A stretch of 64,000 nt of DNA, taken from positions 41,168,001-41,232,000 of the forward strand of contig OZ024750.1 in assembly GCA_964016885.1 (NCBI GenBank), written 5' to 3'. This stretch comes from Eledone cirrhosa (Eukaryota). The translations under genes were made by a program, and so were the position numbers. Shown here one piece after another: positions 27,483 through 40,104 of the stretch (positions are counted from its first letter, which is position 1; every line of letters starts with the position of its first letter). A model generated the notes under the pieces. It was not told where the DNA came from, did no database searches, and saw nothing but the letters and a program-made list of their open reading frames with translations.

Positions 27483-28281
27483 AATATAACAGTTACTATA
27501 TATTGTGGTTTACTATATACTCTAGTAGACAGTTACTGCAATATAACAGTTACTATATATTGTGGTTTACTATATACTGTAGTAGACAGTTACTGCAATA
27601 TAATAGTAACTATATATTGTGGTTTACTATATACTGTAGTAGACAGTTACTGCAATATAACAGTTACTATATATTGTGGTTTACTATATACTGTAGTAGA
27701 CAGTTACTGCAATATAATAGTAACTATATATTGTGGTTTACTATATACTGTAGTAGACAGTTACTGCAATATAACAGTTACTATATATTGTGGTTTACTA
27801 TATACTGTAGTAGACAGTTACTGCAATATAACAGTTACTATATATTGTGGTTTACTATATACTGTAGTAGACAGTTACTGCAATATAATAGTAACTATAT
27901 ATTGAAGTCTACTGTTCCATTATAGTAGACAGTTACTATAATATAACAGTTACTATATATTGTGGTTTACTGACCACCTAAGTGGACAGTTACTACAATA
28001 TAACAGTTACTGCAATATAACAGTTACTGCAATATAACAGTTACTACAATATAACAGTTACTATATATAGTGGTTTACTGACCACCTAAGTGGACAGTTA
28101 CTGCAATATAACAGTTACTACAATATAACAGTTACTATATATTGTGGTTTACTGACCACCTAAGTGGACAGTTACTACAATATAACAGTTACTGCAATAT
28201 AACAGTTACTGCAATATAACAGTTACTACAATATAACAGTTACTATATATTGTGGTTTACTGACCACCTAAGTGGACAGTA
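27483..28281. repeat. 57-bp minisatellite grading into 18-bp subunit variants
   Basis: caatataacagttactatatattgtggtttactatatactgtagtagacagttactg repeated about 8 times, then variant units containing accacctaagtgg. Confidence 0.92.
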
Positions 28282-28491
28282 ACGTTTCTCCCACTAGAAA
28301 CAAAATGACAAAATTATATTCAGAAAGAGGGCTTTAACATAAAGCCACAACTTTCACATATAACTCTTATTTACAAGTTGACAAAATTTCTTCCTTTTTT
28401 CTTTTCCCTTTAGAAATTAATCATACCATCTATACTCACACACACACACACATGCATACACTCACATACACACATATATATATATATATAT

Positions 28492-28899
28492 GTCAACTCT
28501 GGATGTCGGTGAGCATGTCCAGCTAACCTCAGTCTCCTCTGTGTCACTTTTGAGCTGACTTTTGGGATGCTCCCATACAGCTCTGAGTTTTTCATCCTCA
28601 GTGTATACTGATTAATGTTCAGAGCCATCCTCAACATTCTCGTGTAGCACCCATCCACCATCTGAGTGAGTTTCTTGGTCAGTGTCCAAGTCTCAAACCC
28701 GTACAGCAGCACAGACTCCACTACAGCCCCTACATGGACACACTGGAAGAGGAAGACCAAGGTTAACGTATATTGATGCCCTAAGGACAGACACTGGTCT
28801 GTTGGAGACGCAGGACATGGCAGCAATAATGAGGGACAGAGACCGCTGGAGAGAACTCGTCCATGAATCTCGGGAATTTTACCCGCCTTAGATAGATAG

Positions 28900-28900
<1 letters not shown>
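28492..28900. mobile_element. 5'-truncated, internally inverted RTE-clade LINE fragment
   Basis: The minus part encodes AVVESVLLYGFETWTL...RRLRLAGHAHRHPEL; the plus part encodes QPLHGHTGRGRPRLTYIDALRTDTG...DRDRWRE with a (TAGA)n tail. These are typical post-RT C-terminal motifs of RTE elements. Confidence 0.85.
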
Positions 28901-28932
<32 letters not shown>

Positions 28933-29070
28933 TAAATATGAACACATTTTTTTTAAAGAACCATTCTGTATATTATTGTAGGCCCTCTTCGGTCGCAAAT
29001 GACCATGGTTTGGACCCTAGAAAGTCCCCTTCTGAGGTACAAGCCTGGGTAAGGTGTGTTTATATTATAC

Positions 29071-29107
<37 letters not shown>

Positions 29108-29313
29108 AATGCTCACATATATACATATATATATAAGTAGAAGTTGTATTTAATTTGTTGGAAATCCGACAAACATAAATGTTTATAACTGATTTAGAGC
29201 ACTCAACAAGTTACTGGAGTAAATATTCAATATATACATATATACATATATATACATACACAAATCATCATCATCGTTTAACGTCCATCTTCCACGCTAG
29301 CATGGGTACAAAT

Positions 29314-29366
<53 letters not shown>

Positions 29367-29867
29367 TATTTATTTCAAAATTAAAAGATGATATATATAT
29401 ATATGCAGAGAGTTTTGATACCTCATATTTGTGTGTGTGTGTTTATATATCAACCATAATCTCGCTTGCACACATGACTCACTCAATGAATTATGGAATG
29501 AACTTGTAAGGAATAAATTATATATATATATATACATATATATATACATATATATATACACATTAGATTCAATTTTAGAAAAACATTGTTACATAATCTC
29601 TTACACTAGACACCCATCAAACATAGAAAACATTTTGCAGGGTTCAAAAACAAAACAAAACAGGATAATACTGTTAATTATTTTAAAAGGATCCGTATGA
29701 TGGCCAATTTTCTTCTTATAAAGATATAAACAGTTTGAAACTATAGAAGACACCACAATACTGGGATAAGCAGCAGACTAATGAGCTTCTTGGTTGAGAC
29801 AGCTTTAGACTAGACTAGACTAGACTCTTTACTTCATATAAAAAAAAAACTAGTGAAAGGTTTAGAG

Positions 29868-30336
29868 CAGAGGTTCTCAAACTTTTTGGACCACCGCACC
29901 CCCCCCCCTCACGACTAGGTAATACCCTCAATGCCCCCTTACGACCAGGTAATACCCTCAATGCCCCCTCACGACCAGGTAATACCCTTAGTGCCCCCCA
30001 CCAATTTCCAGAGTGACCTGCCTACACGTAAATTGTAAATAATATATAATAAATAAAATTATTAATTTATATATTATAAATAATATACTATATACTATGT
30101 ATAAATTAATATCATATATTTTTTATTTTACTATATTTATATAAATTACTATATATATAAATTAATAATTTCATGTCTAACCCATGCTAGCGTGGAAGAT
30201 GGACGTTAAACGAAGATGAATATATATCATTTGATATTTAATATACTATTATATCATCTCTACCGCCCTCCCAGCGCCCCCTGGTCCTTCTCAACACACC
30301 CCTGGTGAGCAGTAGCACCCACTTTCAGAACCTCTG
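29868..30336. mobile_element. hAT (Charlie-like) MITE
   Basis: TIRs CAGAGGTTCTCAAA / TTTCAGAACCTCTG flanked by a perfect 8-bp TSD gtttagag (29860-29867 and 30337-30344). Confidence 0.92.
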
Positions 30337-30562
30337 GTTTAGAGAAATGAATTAAAGAAATAGTTTTAAATGTGGGAAATGTTCAAAAAGCCAATACAAA
30401 CAAAGAAACAAAAGAACCAAAACAAAACAACCTTTTTGTGACTAGATGTGGTATATCGGTGGGAAATTTTCAGTTGATATCAATTCTCTAAAGTGAAAAG
30501 TTCTCATTTTTAGGTAAACTTTTCAAGCTCCCATCAGCTATGGAATCATCATCATCATTTAA

Positions 30563-30760
30563 CCCTTTAGCATTTAAAACGGCCGTATCCAGCCAGGATT
30601 TTCTCACCTCTATCTGTTCAAACCGACCACTCATACTGATGTTAAGACATTGTTCTCAAAATAAATAGCATCAAAATTTCATAGATTCGATATTATGTGA
30701 GGTAAAGCCTTTACCACAAAAATACAATAGTAAATATAGAGTAATGTAAATGCTAAAGGG
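30563..30760. mobile_element. TTAA-flanked (piggyBac-type) MITE, family 1
   Basis: TTAA-CCCTTTAGCATTTA ... TAAATGCTAAAGGG-TTAA; further copies at about 33345-33549, 38732-38929, 44163-44346, 48149-48356, 57744-57951 and 58624-58833. Confidence 0.88.
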
Positions 30761-31064
30761 TTAACATCTGCTTTCCTTGCTAGCAAGGGTTGGACCTGCC
30801 TACATAGACCAAGTCAGTATTGAAACAGGGTCAATGACGTCCCAAACATGCCAAGGAGGTCTGTATCCCACTCACATACGGTCATTATCAAGTGCTGAGG
30901 AGTCGTTGATGTATCTTTTGACACAAACTGAAGGATCCTCCTATATATTGTGTAATTAAAACAATTTTATGACCAGGTCACTGGAATAGTACCAGGTGCT
31001 TAAGTAAAGAGTGGGTGGATTATAATATATTTCTATTGACTTTACTATCTTACAGAATATAATA

Positions 31065-32680
31065 ATTGTTTCTACTTTTGGCACAAGGCCAGCAATTACC
31101 CAGTACATTACTGGTACTTTATTTTATCGACCCCATAAGGATGAAAGGCAAAGTTAACCTCGGCGGGAATTGGACTCAGACCATAAAGGGACGTAACTAT
31201 GCTGGAAAGCATGGTGTCCGACCCTCTACCGATACTGCCAATCCACCTCCATTACAGAATATAATAATAATGGTTTCTTATATAGGCACAAGGCCAGCAA
31301 TTTTGGGGGAAGGGAAAGTCGATTAAATCGACCCCAGTGCATTACTGGTACTTTATTTCATTGACCACAAAAGGATTAAAGGCAAAGTTAATCTTGACGG
31401 GATTTGAACTCAGACCATAAAGGGCCGTAACTCTATGCCGCGAAGCATGTTGTCCGACCCCTCTACCAATTCTGCCAATCCACCGCCCTTACATAACAAT
31501 AATAAATGACCCAAAAGACCTTTTGGCCATTGTTGGCTATGGGCTTGTTCTTTTGGTATAGTGTTGGTATAACATCTGCCAGAGCAATACAAATGATAAT
31601 AATAATAGTTTCTACTTTTGGCACAAGGCCAGCAATTACTCCAGTGTATTACTGGTACTTTATTTTATCGACCGCGTAAGGATTAAAGGCAAAGCCAACC
31701 TCAGCGGGATTTGAACTCAGAACGTAAAGGGCTATACCTCTATGCTGCAAAGCATGGTGTCCGACGCTCATCATTATTATAATATTATAATTGTTTCTAC
31801 TTTAGGCACAAGGCCAGCAATTACCCAGTGTATTACTGGTACTTTATTTTATCGATCCCCGTAAGGATAAAAGGCAAAGTTAACCTCGGCGGGATTTGAA
31901 CTCAGAATGGCAAGGGCCGTAACTCTATGTGCATCATCATTATTATTGTTTCTACTTTAGGCACAAGGCCAGCAATTACCCAGTGCATTACTGGTACTAA
32001 TAATGATGATGTGAAGAATATGTAACTTGGAAGAGAAAGATTATAAAATCATGTGATATGTAAAGCAATATATTAGAGTGAGTTTCTGAAGATTGTCTTG
32101 GAGGCTGGTCTTGGAATTATTTTAATTAAAATAACAATTAACAACAAAAGCAGTATTTAGCTTTATTTTCTGTTTGAAGTTTAAGTCTCACAGAAGATTT
32201 AGTGTCTTTCATCCATCTATTGTCAATACATACCAGTCATACACTAAGTTCAGTTTAAGAAATTATTATTATTATTATTATTAGGGTGGTGGAGTGACAG
32301 AATCAGAGCTCTGAGTTCAAATCCTGCCAAGGCCAACTTTACTTTCCACCCTTCCAAGGTTGATAACGTAGTACCAGTCAAATACTGGGGTCAACATAAT
32401 CATGTTCGACCCAATTGCTGACCTTGTGCCTAAATTAGAAATTATTATTATTTAAGATGAAGAAGGCAGTCGCAGTATCAGTAGAACGTCAGACAAAATG
32501 TTTTGCATTATTTAGTTCTGACTCTCTATGTTCTGAGTTCAAATCCTGCCATAGTCAACTTTGCCTTTTGTTTTTCCAGACAATAAAATAACATACCAGT
32601 AAAATACTGAGGTGGGTGGGTATAATAAACTTTCCTTTCCCAGCACCCTTTCTTTGCTGGCCTTGTGCCTTAATTAAAGA
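31065..32680. mobile_element. Cluster of about 7 family A SINE copies/fragments (five minus, two plus)
   Basis: Repeated ggcacaaggccagcaattacccagt...actggtactttattttatcgaccc blocks. Confidence 0.85.
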
Positions 32681-32909
32681 TCATTATTTAGAGTGAAGTG
32701 GAGAAAGTTTACAATCTGTAAAACCATAAGCCAGTCCCGATATTTCATAACCATACAAAAATAATAAGTTAACTATGTTGTCAGAAAGAAAAGAGCTGTA
32801 CAACATTACCTAGAAACTTATTAAAGACCAACTGTGAATGCATATTCTTTTAACTGTGTCCATTCACTGCGGACTTGATATTTAACTGTGCAGCAGAGAA
32901 ATTCCCATA

Positions 32910-33235
32910 ATGCATTGGAATAAAGTGCATAGCTCAGAGATCAGAGAGTCACTGCTACTTCTCCAAATTGAGAGATCACAGCTCCCATATTATGGGCATG
33001 TAGTTAGAATGTCTCAGGAAAGAGTTGCTGGACAGATTTTATGGGCAAAACCAACCAGCAGGAGACCTAGGGGTAGACCAGGAGCAAAATGGTTGGATAA
33101 CATCCATGAGCTTGGCTGGTCATGCTTGGGGATCCAGTCGGATCAGTTGCTTCTGACAGGACCCACTGGAGGGAGTCTTTGAGGACTCTGCGCCCACTTA
33201 TTCCCAGGAATAAGTGGAGGCAGGAGAAGAAGAAG
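32910..33235 (+). mobile_element. RTE-like LINE 3' fragment
   Basis: IERSQLPYYGHVVRMSQER...RRPRGRPGAKWLDNI; related copies at about 53590-53800 and 58243-58540. Confidence 0.8.
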
Positions 33236-36200
33236 CAATAGAATATAATCTTCACTCCGGAGATAGTTTTTGCTTACATCTCAAAATGTTTATTCTTCCT
33301 AAAATAACAATCTAACAATTCAGTTTGTTATCAATTTTATATAGCTTAGCATTTAAACCAGATGTACCTGGCCAGAATTCTCTCACCTCTTTCTGTTCAA
33401 ACTGGCTGTAACCAGCTGCTCATACTGATGTTAAGGTATTGTTCTCAAAATAAATGCTATCAAAATCTCATAGATTTGATATTATGTGAGATAAAGCCTT
33501 TACTGTGAAAATACAATAGTATATATAAAGTAATGTAAAAGCTAAAGGGTTAACTAATGGAATTGACTGAATCAATCGACAATATCCTAGAACTCTCTCG
33601 CTTACCAAATGAGGTGAAATTGGACCAAGGAAACAATGTTTCCAGTGGTCTTCCCAACTGATGATACCAGCTAGCAGTTGCAACTCCTTGCAGAAAGATT
33701 AACATGAAAAGTGTCTTGCTCAAAGACACAATGCATCGCCTGGATTCACGAATCAAACTCACAACCTCACAATTGTGGATCCAATTCTCTAACCACTGAG
33801 CCACATGCCTATCGAATTATATTTTTACTATTATCAAAAGAAAATTGTTAAATATTTCCCCACATGTGATTTTTCTTTCTTTCTTCACAGATAAAAAAGT
33901 TTGTGAATGAATATAATGAAATACTTTCAATTGTTACAAAATATAATACTGCAAATATAGCAACCCATCATTAAAGACTGCACATATACTGCTTCTTCTT
34001 TCATACCAAACAATGCCTGCTTCTATCATACAAAACTGTTTATTTTAAAGTGTTTATATTTACCTAAAATCCTTCAATCATGACGTTATGTAAGAACCTT
34101 TGTGAAGTTATGCTCCAAACATCAGTTTAATCATGAGAAAGTTAGTTATATAATTAAATCCTTTCCAATTATTTATTACTTTCAAAATTATTTGAAAATA
34201 GGCAATGTCTTTCATTAGAAATATGGTGAGGAAAGAGTTAATGACATAGTACTGGTGCCACGAAGAATGCACCCAGTAAACTCTGTAAGTGGGTAAGTGA
34301 TAGGAAGAGCATCCAGCTGTAGAAACCATGCCAAAAAAAGGGCAAGGGGATTCTTCAGTTGTGTTAAGGGCACAACAACCTCTAGTGTTAGTGACATGAT
34401 AAAATGCACACAGTGTACTCTGTAAAGTGGTTGGTGATAAGTTGGGGCATCCAACCATAAAAGAAAACTTGCCAAAGAAGGGTAGAGAGGACTCTAGTTA
34501 GAATTCTTCAGAAAAAGAGAATCAATGGAAGACAGACCTTTAGAAAATTGATTAACTCCCCAACATTTGCCAAACTGAAGAATAAAATTATCTGCAATGT
34601 ATTGGATTATAGTTACAAGTCACAATCTCTGTAGTGGATAACAGCCGATGTAATTTTTATGGTGCTTTAAAGGATTATATATTTTTTATAAATTAAAATT
34701 CTGAAAAGTTTGATCGTAAGGACATGGAGAATTGTAACAGTAAGGAAATATAAAACCCTGACAAAATATTCTGATAAACTTAACCATGACAAAATATTCT
34801 GATAAACTTAACCATGACAACATATTCTGATAAACTTAACCAGGAAGGATTTTCATTTATTACCAACAGAGAGCAAAATGAGAAAAGTAAAACAAAAATA
34901 CTGAATCTAGGTCTGTTAAAATGAAGATAGATAAAATATATTTCAAGGAAGATGGAGAGACCACATAGATAGATTAAAAGAATGGAAACAATAAAATCTT
35001 TAAGTTTTCTAAAAAAATATTTTTTTAATGTAAAACTTTATATAAAAATATTTCAAATAGCAACTCATCTCAGAAAAAGAAAAATGTCACATGAAATTTC
35101 TGAATTTGTTTAATATTTCAGAAATCAGAAATAATTTGAATGATTAAAATGTTAAATAAGCGGACAGTTAACGGATCATTACATTTTTTATCTGGCTCTG
35201 TGAATAGAATAAAAAATACACCAAGCAATTTACAGTAAGATGGAAAGAATATTGATCCAAGCCTCTCGGAGTTAAGGCTATAAATCTGATATTTCATGCT
35301 TAGATTTTTCCAGAATCGGAACAAATGATTGAATATTAAATATATTTTATGTAATATCTACATATCTATGATCATTTAAGATTTTTTGAAATAGTAGAGA
35401 AAATTCTGTAAGTTTACAGCTAACTACATTGTTTAGAATCTACAAAATCTAGATCAAGAATTTGATTAATTTTGACTGAATTTATTGAGTATTATATGAA
35501 TATGTATACCTAAGGTATATATATATATATGAAGAATGTCTAGCTACATTTAAAAGTAGAAATAGTAGAGAGAATATAGTATTTATAACACACCTAAAAC
35601 ATCCATATCATGAACCATGAAATGAGTTAGGGATGCACAATGCAAATTTCTTAGGTAATATGTAGAGACAGTTTTCAAAATACTATCAAAAAGTTTTTAA
35701 AAAATATACTAATCCAATAGAACTTTCCTTTGTCCAATAAATAAGAATAAAGTAGTATAGTTAAAAGAAAGTATTGCGAGATATGTAATAAAAGACTGAT
35801 AAGTTTCAAAAGGCCGGTACAATATGATAAGAAAGAACACATGAATCATTCATTTTTGTTTCGAACCGACATTTGAAAAGAGGGTTACAGCCCTGAAATA
35901 TGTTGAAATATCCTGGGTAAAACATTTGTTTTATTTGTCATTTACCCTTTATATATTTCTACCACATTGTACAGTCTTCTGAAACTTAGTCATTTATCCA
36001 ATAAATAAGGAAATTAAAAAAATGGTTTCAATCTTTACCTAAAATTATTTTAACTGTTACAAGGACAGCAAAGTTACAATTTGGTAAACAAACATACTTG
36101 TACAATGAGAATTATCTAGAAACTTGTTTGGAATGTAATAAGATATTCTTCATCAGACAAGAGGCTTTGGTATATTTTTCAAGATATCAGTGATTGTTTA

Positions 36201-36250
36201 TACACTGTTTATGTATTTGTTTCTCGATGTGAAATCGTGTCTCGAAACTG

Positions 36251-36588
36251 ATATCATATTTGGGGTCATGTCGCAAGTATTGCTAATAAAGAAATACACG
36301 CACCATATGACTGTCACTTTATTTTTATTACCACTTATTGGTTAGTTCATCAAAGTTCTTTCGTCACACATTCTGTGACCTCTTCAATGACTATCTGTTC
36401 CCTTTTATGCCTCCTCTTCAAAAGACAAAATAGAGTAACAGAATAAGACCAGAAAGAAGAGGAGGCACAAAAGAAAAAAGATAGTCATTGAGGAGGTCAC
36501 AGAATGTGTAACAAAAGAACTTTGACAAACTAACGAATAACGAAAGTAAAAACCATACTGGCAATATGACAATCCCCAAATATGATAT
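36251..36588. repeat. Long imperfect inverted repeat (fold-back), arms about 130-170 bp, loop about 40 bp
   Basis: atatcatatttgggg...caaagttctt...cattctgtgacctcttcaatgactatct...gcctcctctt is mirrored by aagaggaggc...agatagtcattgaggaggtcacagaatg...aagaactttg...ccccaaatatgatat. Confidence 0.85.
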
Positions 36589-36719
36589 ATATATATATAC
36601 ACACACACACACGCCTTCCTAGGTACTCGGAGTTTACCAATCCAAGCTGACAATATCAGCCAGCATCGGGGAAACTGAGTACCTAGGAAGGAATATACCA
36701 GTTTGCCATGTGTTTCACA

Positions 36720-36726
36720 TAATATA

Positions 36727-36778
<52 letters not shown>

Positions 36779-36785
36779 TGTGTGT

Positions 36786-36859
<74 letters not shown>

Positions 36860-36971
36860 TGTGTATATACATATATATATATATACAAACACACACACAC
36901 ATACATGTGTATGTGTGTTTGTATATATATATATATATGTTTGTATATGTGAGTGAGTGTGCATATTTGTT

Positions 36972-37014
<43 letters not shown>

Positions 37015-37060
37015 ATATGTGTGTGTGAGTGTGTGTGTATATATGTGTGTGTGTGTATGC
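36720..37060. repeat. (TA)n/(GT)n compound microsatellite
   Basis: Direct inspection; a similar tract lies at 37752-38160. Confidence 0.95.
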
Positions 37061-37797
37061 ATGATGGTACAGTACTTACTAAATCTATAACTGATATATA
37101 CATCCCTTAGATATTCCCACATAAATATACATTTATCTTATTATTATTATTATTACGAAGATCGCCCCTGGGTGGTATAACCCCCCCCCTCCCCCCTCCA
37201 CCCCCTATTGGGGAATTCTGTTGTTGATATCTTTTTTTAGTTTATCTGTTTTTTGTTAATGTTGTTAGTCAGTTGCATGTACCCCGCTCCCCGGCCTGCA
37301 CCACCACCACCGTCCCCCGACTTTGTATTGTCCTCTACGTTCGAAACTCTTGTGGCCAATGATAAAGAAATCATTATTATCATCATCATCATCATTGTTA
37401 GTATTATTAGTCTTATTGTGCATGTCATACTTTCAGAGACAAAACGGAGACATTCAGAAACATCGTCTTTCAAACTGAGAAGAAGAAAAAAAGGAGAGAA
37501 ATAGATAAGAGAAGAGATGAGTAAAACAAAGTGTTAGCAATAGCAGTGAATGACTATCTTTATCACTGGGTTATATATACAGCTTATCCAACAAGGGTTA
37601 CTTTACATAGACTCAATCTTTCCAGTATCACAGTGAAAGAGAGAAAATGCTTGTTGTTGTTGTTGTTGTTTTAAGAAGCAGACGAAAAAAAATAATTTAA
37701 GACTTGCTCATTATATCGCTTGACTAACTCATGAGAACAATGGTAAATCTTTATATATATATATATATATACACACGTGTGTGAGTGTATATATATA

Positions 37798-37839
<42 letters not shown>

Positions 37840-37853
37840 AGTGAGTATATATG

Positions 37854-37900
<47 letters not shown>

Positions 37901-38279
37901 GTGTGTGAGTGTATATATGTGTGCATATATATATATATATATATACGTGTGCGAGTGTATATATATATATATACACATACATACACACATATATATACAT
38001 ATATATACACACACACACACATATATACATATATACACACACACACACATATATATATATACACACACACATACATACATATATATATATACATAAATAT
38101 ATATACACAAATATATACACATATATGTTGCGTGTGTGTGTGTGTGTGTGTGTGAGTGCGCATATACCATGTGTACATATATACAAACAAACATACATAG
38201 AAGTGTATATATTTAATCTCCAATTTAAGAAGATTTGAATAATGTTCTTTTTTTTTTGTCATTCTTTACTTCACTTTTC

Positions 38280-38502
38280 TGTGTCTGTGTTCATACTTGC
38301 TCCCTCTGTAGCATGTGTTCATACTTGTTTGTCTGTAACATCTGTAGCATCTGTAGCATCTGTGTTCAAACTTGCTCATCTGTAGCATGTGTTCATACTT
38401 GTTTATCTGTAGCATCTGTGTTCATGCTTGCTCATCTGTAGCATGTGTTTATACTTGTTTGTCTGTAGCATCTGTAGCATGTGTTCATACTTGTTCATCT
38501 GT
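38280..38502. repeat. Degenerate minisatellite (about 27-36 bp) overlapping the PLEKHA8 stop codon
   Basis: tctgtagcatgtgttcatacttgttca units; on the minus strand the first unit reads ACA GAT GAA CAA GTA TGA. Confidence 0.8.
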
Positions 38503-38682
38503 ATCAAGACTATTGGCACAATAAAATTCGTTTATCGATTGAGTAATTGGATTTAGAGAATTTATAAATGTTACCATGTGAAGGCTGAGTAGTTGTTCTA
38601 TATCTCCTTTTGGAACTGGATATGTAATAGAATGTAGTTGAGCTAGAAACACATCACGGCTTGGAATGGATTTTACAGCAAG
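38485..38682 (-). CDS. PLEKHA8: PLEKHA8/FAPP2 last coding exon (GLTP C-terminus)
   Basis: Acceptor ttttttcctcccataaag, phase 0; LAVKSIPSRDVFLAQLHSITYPVPKGDIEQLLSLHMVTFINSLNPITQSINEFYCANSLDTDEQV*, resembling the FAPP2 C-terminus (LALRAAPS...LESDEVV). Confidence 0.88.
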   Translation of the reverse strand, partial: LAVKSIPSRDVFLAQLHSITYPVPKGDIEQLLSLHMVTFINSLNPITQSINEFYCANSLDTDEQV

Positions 38683-39529
38683 CTTTATGGGAGGAAAAAA
38701 TAAGAAAATTATGATATTAAAATATATTTAACCCTTTAGCATTTACATTACTCTATATTTACTATTGTATTTTCATAGAAAAAGATTTACCTCACATAAT
38801 TATCTCACATAATATCGAATCTATGAGATTTTGATATTATAAATTTTGAAAACAATACCTCAACATAAGTATGAGTGGCCGGATACAGCCGGTTTGTGGT
38901 CAGATATGGCTGGTTTAATTGCTAAAGGGTTAAACATTGTCGTCCTTGACCGAGACGAAGCGAGAATGTATTTGAATTGCAATAAAAATGAGAAAACTCA
39001 TCCCTAGAAAGTGAATTGTCTCTCTGCTGACCAGTGGCCTCTGGCCTCTGTCCACTGAGGTAATTTTGCCCATCACAAAGCATTTGGCTGTTTTAATAGC
39101 TACTCCAGTGACGAGTTTCCACATTTTTTTATAAATTTATATATCAACCGGTATACCGCCTATGGATGTATCCAAGCATCCTTACCACAAATATATATAT
39201 ATAAAATTGAATATATGAGAGGAATGAACACCGATACAAGTATACATGTGTTCAAATTGCAAATGACCAAGTTAGCTAGGTTGAAAAAATACTAATTTAA
39301 AACAATATGGTTTGCCTGACTCGATTTAAAGTAATAAATCAATAAAAATAACAAACCTATATCAGGCAACTGCCTTTGATACCTGGACAGACCTAAATCT
39401 GTTTCGCAAAAATTATTAAGTGAGTGTTCATCCCTCCCATATATCCAATTATATTACACGGCTCGGAAAGATTCCCTTCTTTGAGCTATTTAATTGTAAA
39501 AGACTATTTTGAGTTTATAACTCAATCTA

Positions 39530-39566
<37 letters not shown>

Positions 39567-39790
39567 TAAATACACGTTTTTCTCAAAAAAATTCCAAGTT
39601 GGAATGGATTTTACAGCAAGCTTTATGGGAGGAAAAAAAGTGAAAAGAAAACTATAGTATTAAAATATATATATATTGTAATAGAAGCTTTGCTATAACA
39701 TTGACTAAATAATATAGTCTAATAATGGGGTGTATAAACCCACTGCATACTCAGTAGGTATATATGACTGAAGATATATTTAGTAGGTAT

Positions 39791-39864
39791 ATCTATCTAG
39801 GGCGGGTAAAATTCCCGAGATCCATGAACGAGTTCTCTCCAGCGGTCTCTGTCCCTCATTATCA
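39791..39864 (-). mobile_element. 3' end of the same RTE family as 28725-28900
   Basis: Reverse complement of ataatgagggacagagaccgctggagagaactcgt...cgggaattttacccgcc with a (TAGA) tail. Confidence 0.8.
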
Positions 39865-39961
39865 TTAGTAGGTATATATGACTGAATATATAGTCAGTGG
39901 GTGTATATGACTGAATATATAGTCAGTAGGTATATACGACTGAAGATATATTTAGTAGGTA

Positions 39962-40100
39962 CTAGCAGAATGGCCCGGCATTGCTGGGGATTTGCTCTAG
40001 GGTTCTTATATATTTGATATATATTTATCCTTATCGAGCCTCATAAAATAAATATGTTTGTTTATATTTTGTTATTGTGTATGCAAAAATATCTGTAGAG
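39962..40100 (-). mobile_element. Helitron-like 3' end fragment
   Basis: Minus strand ends ...cccagcaatgccggg-ccattctg-CTAG|T (hairpin plus CTAG); related sequence in inverted orientation at about 42890-42960. Confidence 0.6.
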
Positions 40101-40104
40101 TTAA

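Noticed and set aside
27503-27925. Repeat-peptide ORFs (also 24631-24963, 46000-46592, 48512-49060 and 60561-61280)
   Set aside because: Translations of minisatellites, with no splice or start context supporting expression.
33871-33975. Plus-strand terminal-exon candidate (ttcttcacag then IKKFVNEYNEILSIVTKY...*)
   Set aside because: Good acceptor, but I could identify no upstream exons or homology.
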